Part shown: one piece after another, positions 37,685 to 45,317 of the stretch
Layout of the letters: the number at the start of each line of letters is the position of its first letter
Numbering within the stretch: position 1 is the first letter of the stretch
Notes under the pieces: model-generated
Seen by the model: the letters and a program-made list of their open reading frames with translations, nothing else
Told to the model about the DNA's origin: nothing
The model's database searches: none
NCBI GenBank assembly: GCA_001780725.1
Contig: MFIM01000001.1
Span: 19,642-83,641 of the forward strand
Direction of reading: 5' to 3'
Source: Candidatus Giovannonibacteria bacterium RIFCSPLOWO2_02_FULL_45_28
GTDB lineage: Bacteria > Patescibacteriota > Minisyncoccia > UBA11713 > 2-01-FULL-45-33
Length of the DNA: 64,000 nt
Position numbers and translations under genes: made by a program

Positions 37685-39478
37685 TTATTTTCCTTTCAAC
37701 AACCCGAGCATCTTCTCCAATGGCCAAGCGTTAATTATGTCATCGCAAGTTGCCCATCCCCTTCGGGCTTGAGATATGCCGATTTCCAAAAATTTAAAGT
37801 GAGATGCCGAATGAGCATCGGAATCAATTGACATCTTTACCCCAGCCTCAACGCATTTTCTTACGTATTCGTCTTTAATGTCTAAACGATCAGGATAAGC
37901 GTCAATTTCCAAAACCGTCCCCGTGCGCTTGGCGGCTTTGATAATTTCATCAATATCAACCTCAATCGGCTCACGGCGGTTTATAATCCTGCCGGTCAGA
38001 TGAAAAATAATATCCACATTCGGATTTTCCATTGCTTTTATAATTCTTCTTGTCTGCTCTGCGCGCGGAAGCTTGAAGTGGCTGTGCACCGCCGCTCCCA
38101 CAACATCCAATTTTTTTAAAACTTCGTCTTGAATGTCCAATGATCCGTTTTTTCCGATATTTACTTCGGCGCCTTTGAGAACTTTCAACTTACAATTTTT
38201 AATTTTCAATTTATGATTAATTTTATCTATTTCGGCAATTTGTTTTAATAATTTTTTCTCATCCGCCCCGCCCGTCATAGCCAGACTGCGCGTATGATCG
38301 GTTATCGCAATGTATTCCAACCCAAGTTTTTCAGCCTCTTTTGCCATCGCCTCAATAGAGTCCTCGCCGTCGGTCCAGTTGGTCTGCGTTTGAAGGTCCC
38401 CTTTTAAATCCTTGTAGCCGATGAGTTTGGGTAAACGATTCTGGCGCGCCAATTCAATCTCGCCGGCATTTTCCCTCATCTCCGGTTCTATGTAATGCAG
38501 TCCCAATTTTTTATAGATTTCTTCTTCCGTTTTACCAGCTATCATCTTTTCTTTCGGCGTATTTCTGCGTTCCATTCTGCGTTGTTCTGCGCTATGAAAG
38601 AGTCCGTATTCGTTCAGCTTCCATCCCCTTTTTATCGCCATCTCGCGGAGCGCGATATTGTGATCCTTTGAACCTGTAAAATAATTCAGCGCTGCCCCGT
38701 ACGATTCTTTTGGAACCACGCGCAAATCGGCATCCAAACCGTTTTTAAGCTTTACCATCGTTTTGGTTTTGCCTTTTGCGTAGACGTGCGCAATAAACGG
38801 CAAACCCACGAACTTGTCCATCACTTTCTCCGGCCCGCCCTGACTCGGCGAGGTGGGTTTTTTGGAGGTCGCTAAAATATCAATGTCGCCGATTGTTTCT
38901 TTGCGCCTGCGCGTAGATCCTGCGACTATCGCATCTTCAACTTCCGGGAAAGATTTGATCATTCGCTCCAGATTTCTGATTTCGGGCAAAACAAAGCCGA
39001 GCACTTGCCGTCCGCCGGATTTTTTCAAAAATTCAATCCCGCGCAAAATTTTTTCTTCGGATTTTTGGCCGAATCTCGCGAGCCTGCGTATTTTTCCGGC
39101 CTTGGCAGCCGCTTCCAAATCTTTTAAATTTTTAATCTTTAGTTTTTGGTACAAAACCTTAATCATCTTCGGCCCCACGCCTTCCACAGCCGTGAGCTCC
39201 GAGATATTCACAGGAATTTTTTTCTTTAATCTTTCGTATTCGGCAAATTTTTTTCCGCGTAGCATCGTTTCCAGATGGTGAGCAATACCTTGCCCCACTC
39301 CAGATATTTTCATAAGGCCGCCTGCGCCGCCGCTCTTATAAATTTCCATTATTTCCTTATCCAAAGCCTCCACCCCAAGCGCGGCTTTTTCATAGGCGCG
39401 CGGCTTAAATAAAACCCCCTCCATCTCATAAAGCTCCGCCATTTCACGCAAGATTTTCGCAATTTCCTGATTGGTCAT
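37685..39478 (-). CDS. polX: DNA polymerase X with PHP domain
   Basis: GSTRR.KET.GDIDIL, YFTGSK.HN, LNEYG, ITDH, DSDAH. Confidence 0.95.
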   Translation of the reverse strand: MTNQEIAKILREMAELYEMEGVLFKPRAYEKAALGVEALDKEIMEIYKSGGAGGLMKISGVGQGIAHHLETMLRGKKFAEYERLKKKIPVNISELTAVEGVGPKMIKVLYQKLKIKNLKDLEAAAKAGKIRRLARFGQKSEEKILRGIEFLKKSGGRQVLGFVLPEIRNLERMIKSFPEVEDAIVAGSTRRRKETIGDIDILATSKKPTSPSQGGPEKVMDKFVGLPFIAHVYAKGKTKTMVKLKNGLDADLRVVPKESYGAALNYFTGSKDHNIALREMAIKRGWKLNEYGLFHSAEQRRMERRNTPKEKMIAGKTEEEIYKKLGLHYIEPEMRENAGEIELARQNRLPKLIGYKDLKGDLQTQTNWTDGEDSIEAMAKEAEKLGLEYIAITDHTRSLAMTGGADEKKLLKQIAEIDKINHKLKIKNCKLKVLKGAEVNIGKNGSLDIQDEVLKKLDVVGAAVHSHFKLPRAEQTRRIIKAMENPNVDIIFHLTGRIINRREPIEVDIDEIIKAAKRTGTVLEIDAYPDRLDIKDEYVRKCVEAGVKMSIDSDAHSASHFKFLEIGISQARRGWATCDDIINAWPLEKMLGLLKGK

Positions 39479-39576
39479 ACTTGTATTTTAACACTTTTCT
39501 GCCCAGCTTAGCTGGATTATCCACCCGTTATCCACAACTACGAATTGGCGAAGGTTTTTATTTGCTAAAATAACAT

Positions 39577-39749
39577 TGGGAGGACAAGATGTGGCTGCTC
39601 AAAAACAGCCGGGGCGCCAAAGAGATCCGGCAGGTCCGCAGTCACGGGACCCATAGGACCCCGGCACGCGGGGTAAAACGGGAAAGAAGCTTAAGCTCTC
39701 CGCTATGCGGAGTCCAAACTTTCCTCGGCCTACGGACAACCCCCTCCCA
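39577..39749 (+). ncRNA. candidate stable ncRNA 1
   Basis: Extended -10 TGCTAAAAT upstream, ends pair (TGGGAGG/CCTCCCA), GC-rich, terminator follows. Confidence 0.5.
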
Positions 39750-39756
39750 CTTATCC

Positions 39757-39788
39757 ACAGCCTCTCATTGCAGGGGCTGTTTATTTTT
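39757..39788 (+). terminator. intrinsic terminator
   Basis: ACAGCCTC...GGGGCTGT followed by TTATTTTT. Confidence 0.55.
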
Positions 39789-39817
39789 GAGACAATGAAA
39801 GTAGGTTAAAATTTGCC

Positions 39818-39965
39818 TGATTTATTTCATGGCTGGCGCAGGCAAGCGTGCGTACCCACTGGATGTTCCGTCCGCCAATAGGCAGACTACGAATCCACTG
39901 ACTCTCTTGAGTCGCAATGTACGCACACCCGCTCGCACCAAACAATTTGATCTCTCAAAAAATCA
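39818..39965. ncRNA. candidate rod-shaped ncRNA 2 (6S-like?)
   Basis: Nested stems TGATTT/AAATCA, GTGCGTAC/GTACGCAC, TGGAT/ATCCA, plus hairpin GACTC/GAGTC. Confidence 0.4.
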
Positions 39966-39981
39966 TAAAACATCTATAAAT

Positions 39982-40017
39982 AACCCTTGGACAGCGAGCC
40001 AGGGGTTCGTTTTTTTT
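39982..40017 (+). terminator. intrinsic terminator
   Basis: AACCCTTGG/CCAGGGGTT followed by a T-run. Confidence 0.6.
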
Positions 40018-40022
40018 GCGTT

Positions 40023-40679
40023 TTATTGTTTCGTCGCCGGACTTTTTGGAATCGGCGTAAAAGGCGGCAAGGCTACAGGTCGCGTGCCGTCAAGATAAGG
40101 ATAAAGGCCGAGTAAAATAAAAAATACAACAAAATTGATAATTCCGGCAATGATAAAGAGCGGTCTAAAACCAAATATGTCGGCTAACACTCCCCCGATT
40201 GCTCCTCCGATAGCGCTGGAAATGGTCAGCCCGCCAACGCTAAACAGACTCCATTCAAAACCTTCAGCGCCTTTATCCACATGGCGGGCGAAAAGCGAAT
40301 AATAAGCGGACATCAACGCGGCGTCTCCAAAACCGACAAAGGCTTCAAGAAAATAAAGGTGCCACGCCTCGGAAACGGCAAGAAGCGCGAAAGGATAAAT
40401 AACGGCAACCAAAGCGCCGGCCATCAAAGTATAAAAATCATCGCGTTCTCCTCTGTGTTTATCCAAAAATCTGGCCAAAGGAATTTGTAAAACGGATTTC
40501 GCTACGGCGTAAAGCGCCAAAGCAAACCCCACGGTTTTCAAAGTCGCTCCCGGAATAAAACCGGTAATAAACACCGCAAAAATCGGCGCAAAAAGCCCGC
40601 CGGATACCACAACAAAAAACAAATAAATCAGCAAAATCTGCACAGCTCGGTTAACGGTAATATTTATATGTATGCGCAT
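40023..40679 (-). CDS. half-size MFS-like transporter
   Basis: Six TM helices, motif-A-like ARFLDKHRG, GGVLADIFGFR. Confidence 0.7.
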   Translation of the reverse strand: MRIHINITVNRAVQILLIYLFFVVVSGGLFAPIFAVFITGFIPGATLKTVGFALALYAVAKSVLQIPLARFLDKHRGERDDFYTLMAGALVAVIYPFALLAVSEAWHLYFLEAFVGFGDAALMSAYYSLFARHVDKGAEGFEWSLFSVGGLTISSAIGGAIGGVLADIFGFRPLFIIAGIINFVVFFILLGLYPYLDGTRPVALPPFTPIPKSPATKQ

Positions 40680-40702
40680 AAATAAATTTTATTATATTAA
40701 AG

Positions 40703-40918
40703 CTATTCTGTGTCTTCCCATTCTGCCGGTGAAATACCGGCTTGGCGCAAAATTTCAGAAAGCAAATGCTTGGAAATATCTCCGCGATGAGGATTTGGAA
40801 TGTGCACTTTCAAATCATCCTTCGTCATAAACAAATGGCGGCCACCAGAATAAGGGCCACCGAATCCAAGCTCACGAAATTTCTGCACTAATTTTCTCCA
40901 CGAAACATTCTTAGGCAT
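40703..40918 (-). CDS. hicA: HicA-family toxin
   Basis: GF....GGRH.FM, IPNPH..DI....L..IL.QAG. Confidence 0.85.
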   Translation of the reverse strand: MPKNVSWRKLVQKFRELGFGGPYSGGRHLFMTKDDLKVHIPNPHRGDISKHLLSEILRQAGISPAEWEDTE

Positions 40919-41156
40919 GTCTTACAAGCTCGCGTCTATCCACCTTAATTTCAAAACCCTGCACTCTCTCGCGGTCCCTGATTTTCAAAAGCAGCCAATC
41001 TTCAAGAACCCCCCTAAGCTCCTTTCTGCAGTCTTCCAAATTTCTTGCACTCGCCCAGACGCCGCGAACGCTCGGGATTTCACCAAAATAACTCCCGTTT
41101 TTAAGAAACTTGTATTTTGCTTCTTTGAGTTTTCTTTCTACGTATTCGTTTAACAT
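40911..41156 (-). CDS. hicB: HicB-family antitoxin
   Basis: YFGEIP...GVWA....LE.C..EL; overlaps hicA. Confidence 0.82.
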   Translation of the reverse strand: MLNEYVERKLKEAKYKFLKNGSYFGEIPSVRGVWASARNLEDCRKELRGVLEDWLLLKIRDRERVQGFEIKVDRRELVRHA

Positions 41157-41272
41157 AGAACTATATTAGCATATTAATTGTTTTCTGCAAATACTCTGAA
41201 AAGTGACTTTTGTGATCTTCGGTTTCGTATTCGCTGTGGGTTTGTGTTGCTTCCCATTGTTTTTTGCTGTGA

Positions 41273-41914
41273 TCAAAACAATGAACTTTGTGCTGGCGCT
41301 TTCGGAATTGTTTCTTCTGCTTTAACGTTTTCAATACTTTTTAATAATTCCGGCCCGCCTCTATTTGCGTCTAGCAAGGCGGGTAGTTTTTTGAAATCAT
41401 TTTCCAATTCTTTTAAAACTTGGGTTGAGCGGAGGGCGGCGGCGGGGTGATACAAAGGATAAATAATTTTGGATTTAATAATTACCCCCTTCCCGTGGCC
41501 AAGCGAAATCTTTGCCGACGGTAAAAAATAGTTCATTGAAAACCTCCCCAAAGTCGCGATAATTTTGGGGTCAATAATTTGAATTTGTTTTTTCAAATAA
41601 GGTTTGTACGCCTCAATCTCCTCCGGCAAAGGATCGCGATTTTCCGGAGGACGGCGCTTTACAATATTTGTGATATACACGCTCTCTCTTGGCCATTTGA
41701 TACCCGCCAAAAGTTTATCCAGAAGTTTTCCCGCCTGCCCGACAAAAGGACGCGAGAGCTTGTCCTCATGAAACCCCGGCGCCTCACCGATAAATATTAT
41801 CTCCGCGTCCGGCCTCCCCTCCCCAAAAACCAAATTCGCCGTCCCAAGAAGCGGCAAACTCTTATCCGCCTCCATTTCTTTTTTTAATTTTTCTAATTCT
41901 TCTGCTTTACTCAT
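41273..41914 (-). CDS. udg: uracil-DNA glycosylase family 4 (in frame with upstream RT C-terminal half)
   Basis: VFGEG, IGEAPG..ED, PFVG.AG, RPPENRDP, YHPAA; own ATG at 41914. Confidence 0.93.
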   Translation of the reverse strand: MSKAEELEKLKKEMEADKSLPLLGTANLVFGEGRPDAEIIFIGEAPGFHEDKLSRPFVGQAGKLLDKLLAGIKWPRESVYITNIVKRRPPENRDPLPEEIEAYKPYLKKQIQIIDPKIIATLGRFSMNYFLPSAKISLGHGKGVIIKSKIIYPLYHPAAALRSTQVLKELENDFKKLPALLDANRGGPELLKSIENVKAEETIPKAPAQSSLF

Positions 41915-42903
41915 TTTATTTAAAATTTTTTGCTTGATTTCAAAAGCGTTACAATGTTTCAAAATTCCTAAGTAAGACTGCAAGTTTTTGGCGTTAACTT
42001 TCTTTAATATTCTCCTTTTTGTCTTCGTTCTTAAAACTCTGTGGTATGGTAAAACAACGTAGCCCAAAAAGTCAACCCCTTGCCGTAATTTTTTAAGTAT
42101 AACTTTGTTGGGATGCAGATTCAACTTTAGTCTTTCCCGCAAAAACTCCGCGACTTCAGGCAGAAGCACCTTGAGATAATTTTCGTTTTGGTGCAGTATT
42201 ATAAAGTCGTCAGTGTATCTGAAATAATGCTTAACATTTAATTTATGTTTAACAAACTGGTCAAACTCGTTCAAATAGATATTAGCGAAAAGCTGGGAGG
42301 TAAGATTACCGATCGGAAGACCACATTTACTCTCTCTCTCTCTCTCGGTGTTTTGAGCTGAAAACTGTCAATAATTTCCTCGCAAAGCCACATGGCTTTT
42401 CTGTCTTTAATTCTTCGCGCCAAAATGTTTTTCAGTATTCGTTGGTCAACCGAATCAAAGAACTTTCTTATGTCGCATTTCAACGCAAAACATGGGCCGG
42501 AGTAATTATGGCTTACTTTTCTTGCGGCTTTTTCCAGCGCCGCTACACCTTTATGCGTTCCCTTGCCGATTCTGCAGGAAAAAGAATTGGCAATAAAGGT
42601 CGGCTCAAAAATGAGGTTAAGAACCTTAAAAACCGCGTGATGCAAGACCCTGTCGCGAACAGCGGCTTTGTGAATATGCCTTATCTTAGGGTCGTGAATA
42701 TAGAAAGAGGTGTAAGAATTATGTTTGTAAGTCATTTCCGCAAGCTGGCGATGGAGTTCAAAAAGATTGTCTTCCAGATTAAATTCAAATTCTTGAACGT
42801 CGGCATTATCCTTTTTCCCTAGTTTAAATTTTTTCCACGCTGAAAATAAATTATTTAAATCAATAATTTGTTCGAATATATGTTTATCGCTTCTCTCACT
42901 CAT
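41915..42903 (-). CDS. DGR reverse transcriptase, frameshifted at (AG)8
   Basis: RDRVLHHA, CRIGKGTH, KCDIRKFFDS in frame 1; GLPIGNLTSQLFANIYL, RYTDD, VDFLGY in frame 2. Confidence 0.93.
42330..42346 (-). repeat. dinucleotide microsatellite inside RT
   Basis: CTCTCTCTCTCTCTCTC on the plus strand, exactly at the frame switch. Confidence 0.95.
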
Positions 42904-43215
42904 AAGTTATGCGAGTTATATAAATTCTTTCACGAATGTTTAAAAACTTTTCCGAAACAAGAAAAATACTCTCTTGGACTAAAAATCGAAAACACCATTT
43001 TAGAAATTTTCGAGTATTCTCTTTCTGCCATGTATCTGCCTAAATACAAAAAGGGCGAAAAAATTAAAATGGCGAGCGATAAGGTGGACTTTTTGAAATA
43101 TCTCATTCGTTTAGCTTACGAAACCGGGTCTTTAAATGCTAAAAAGTATTTTGTGTTGGAAGAAAAAGTTTTAGAGCTAGGTAAAATAATGGGCGGCTGG
43201 TTAAAATCAGTTTAA
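42868..43215 (+). CDS. avd: DGR accessory variability determinant (four-helix bundle)
   Basis: FPKQEKYSLG...LK.LIRLA...LGKIMGGWLK; adjacent to RT and TR; start uncertain. Confidence 0.85.
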   Translation: MFEYMFIASLTHKLCELYKFFHECLKTFPKQEKYSLGLKIENTILEIFEYSLSAMYLPKYKKGEKIKMASDKVDFLKYLIRLAYETGSLNAKKYFVLEEKVLELGKIMGGWLKSV

Positions 43216-43227
43216 TGCTTTTTCGCT

Positions 43228-43256
43228 CAAAAGGAGCGTTTATTGCGCCCCTTTTG
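43228..43256 (-). other. hairpin immediately 3' of TR (putative spacer RNA structure)
   Basis: CAAAAGGAGCG/CGCCCCTTTTG; the single mismatch is G-U on the minus strand. Confidence 0.6.
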
Positions 43257-43259
43257 CAT

Positions 43260-43380
43260 GAAACTACCAGAGGACGACCAGCAATGTTGTCGTTGCGGTT
43301 GTCAGACGAGTTGTAGTTGACATTGGCCAAGCCGCCGTACTTGCGATTGCCGCCGTAAAGACGGTCGGAGTCCTCAAAAT
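43260..43380 (-). repeat. DGR template repeat (TR)
   Basis: Aligns to 43681-43802; all substitutions fall at TR adenines; AAY-rich. Confidence 0.96.
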
Positions 43381-43620
43381 TGCTCTGGGCCATCCAAATC
43401 ACCGGAAAGATAAATTTTTTAAATTATTTTTCCTGAAATCCGCGCCTGCGGATAATTTTTCAGGCGGCAGCGCCGATGCTACATCGGCGCACCCGCCACA
43501 GCCCAAAGCAAGGAGTTTCTTTTTTTCTGATTTCGCAGAGAGCAAGTGCGAGAATAAACCGTGATCTATTCTTCATTAGCCTTGCTCAAAACAATCTTAC
43601 AAAAATTTATTCAAAAAGAA

Positions 43621-43648
43621 AAGGGCTTCGAAAAATTCAGAAGCCCTT
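43621..43648 (-). other. hairpin downstream of VR (target-recognition cruciform or terminator)
   Basis: AAGGGCTTC/GAAGCCCTT about 30 bp past the target stop codon. Confidence 0.65.
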
Positions 43649-43677
43649 CCGAGTTCCAGGAACAATTTGACCAAGCT

Positions 43678-44547
43678 CTAGAAACTCACCAGAGGACGAC
43701 CAGCAATGCCGTCGTAGCGGTCGTCAGACGAGACGCAGCCGACACCGGCCAAGCCGCCGTACCTGCGATAGCCGCCGTAAAGACGGTCGGAGCCCCCAAA
43801 AGGATCACGGAACCACTCCCACATATTGAACCGGCCGCGGTTCGGATCATAAACATTGCCAATGAAGTTGAATTCACCGGCGCGCTCCAGACAAGTTTGA
43901 GCCCGTGTTACTCGCAGTGCCGAAGCCATGTAAGCAAGGACCACATCATCCCACTCTTTAGGTGTTATCGCAAAACGCGAACCACAAGGCGTGTTGTCGT
44001 ACTTACCGATAACTCTTAAGTCGCGGCGTAGCTTTTCAATTATTGGCGCCCATGGGTCGTTCGGAAACACCTGGCTTCCGTCGGTGTAGTCAACTCCGAC
44101 AGAAAAATCTGCAAGACACCAACGACGCTTTAAAGTTACGGCATCGGCGCTTATCTTACCTTCGCGGATTTTCTCGTAAAGCCAGCTTTCCTGTTTTGTG
44201 TAATTCTTCAAAGACCAATCCTTTGCGAGGACAAGATCAATGAAGTAAACCGGATGCATATTGTACTTGGCGGCGTTTTCTAAAAACTCCGGAGTCCAAA
44301 CGCCTGGGACGGGATCAACTTGAAGCCGCCCGAAAAACTTCTTGAGCTTTCGGCGAGCTTGCGCGACAACTTCATCTGCCCAAGCTGGCCCCTTCACAAC
44401 CGCCTCAAGCGGATTTTTTCCTTGAAGTGTGAGAGCGATGCGCTCAACCCAAAGTTCTCCATCCGGCCCAGACCACTTTTCCAACATATCCCTCTGCAAG
44501 CCAAGCAGCTTGCTCGGCAAGCAACCGACCACGTCTAATTTGGCCAT
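43678..44547 (-). CDS. DGR target protein with C-terminal variable (CLec-like) region
   Basis: NMWEW...RLYGG...GRPLVSF*; 3' end is the VR; AGGAGG SD. Confidence 0.9.
   Translation of the reverse strand: MAKLDVVGCLPSKLLGLQRDMLEKWSGPDGELWVERIALTLQGKNPLEAVVKGPAWADEVVAQARRKLKKFFGRLQVDPVPGVWTPEFLENAAKYNMHPVYFIDLVLAKDWSLKNYTKQESWLYEKIREGKISADAVTLKRRWCLADFSVGVDYTDGSQVFPNDPWAPIIEKLRRDLRVIGKYDNTPCGSRFAITPKEWDDVVLAYMASALRVTRAQTCLERAGEFNFIGNVYDPNRGRFNMWEWFRDPFGGSDRLYGGYRRYGGLAGVGCVSSDDRYDGIAGRPLVSF
43681..43802 (-). repeat. DGR variable repeat (VR)
   Basis: About 16 A-to-N differences from TR plus one 1-nt indel near the 3' end. Confidence 0.96.
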
Positions 44548-44648
44548 GGTCAGCCTCCTTTCTTTTTGTTAAATAACCCGCCTTGCCTGGATCAAAGGCC
44601 CCAGGTTCGCCTTTTAAGGTTTCTGGCTTAATTATACTCCCGAAGTAC

Positions 44649-45278
44649 CTATTTGTCAATAGTGATTTTTGACCGCAGATACTCTCTGTTTTTAATTATA
44701 TGAATCAGCGTCGGCAGGCTGGAGAGGACGATAATGGCTAAAATTATCGGGATTAAATATTTATCAATGCCTGGAATTGTGGCGCCCAAAAAATATCCAA
44801 GCCATGTCATACCAAGCGCCCAAAGAAAAGCCCCGACAACATTATAAAAAAAGAATGTCCTGTAATGCATCTGCCCGACCCCGGCCAAAATCGGCGCGAA
44901 TGTGCGGACAACCGGCAAAAAACGGGCGAGCACAAGAGTTTTTGCGCCGTATTTTTCATAAAAAACCTTGGCGCGTTCAAGGTGGTCTTTGTGGAATAAA
45001 AGAGAATCTTCGCGGCTGAAAATCGCCGGCCCAACTTTTCTGCCAAAAGCATATCCAAAATTGTCCCCCAAAATCGCGGCGACAAAAACCAGAAAAGCCA
45101 AAATCCAAATGTTCAAAAAACCCTGCGACGCCAAAAAACCCGCCGTAAACAGCAAAGAGTCTCCGGGCAGGAAAAAACCGATGAAAAGCCCCGATTCAGC
45201 AAAAATTATGCCGAAAAGGCCCAAATATCCGACGGTCTGTATAAGTAAAATTAGGTCAAAGCCGATTAAAGAGTCCAT
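44649..45278 (-). CDS. DedA/VTT family membrane protein
   Basis: FAESGL..GFFLPGDSLLF, ARF.P.VRTFAP..AG. Confidence 0.93.
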   Translation of the reverse strand: MDSLIGFDLILLIQTVGYLGLFGIIFAESGLFIGFFLPGDSLLFTAGFLASQGFLNIWILAFLVFVAAILGDNFGYAFGRKVGPAIFSREDSLLFHKDHLERAKVFYEKYGAKTLVLARFLPVVRTFAPILAGVGQMHYRTFFFYNVVGAFLWALGMTWLGYFLGATIPGIDKYLIPIILAIIVLSSLPTLIHIIKNREYLRSKITIDK

Positions 45279-45317
45279 GAGTTTAAGTTTAACAAAAAAT
45301 AGAGTAAAATAAACACC

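Noticed and set aside
39518-39760. DnaA-box cluster as oriC
   Set aside because: Only two or three boxes, similar boxes are scattered elsewhere (3470, 8553, 12727), and no dnaA or dnaN is nearby.
41915-42903. RT as group II intron or retron
   Set aside because: No maturase domain or intron ends were seen; avd and an A-specific TR/VR pair identify a DGR.
43139-43402. 87-aa ORF resembling the DGR target C-terminus
   Set aside because: It is the translation of the template repeat running antisense into avd, not a separate gene.
43561-44019. 152-aa plus-strand ORF and similar antisense ORFs across the window (e.g. 23809-24393, 35886-36476, 45785-46312)
   Set aside because: They are shadow frames opposite well-supported genes and have no recognisable motifs.
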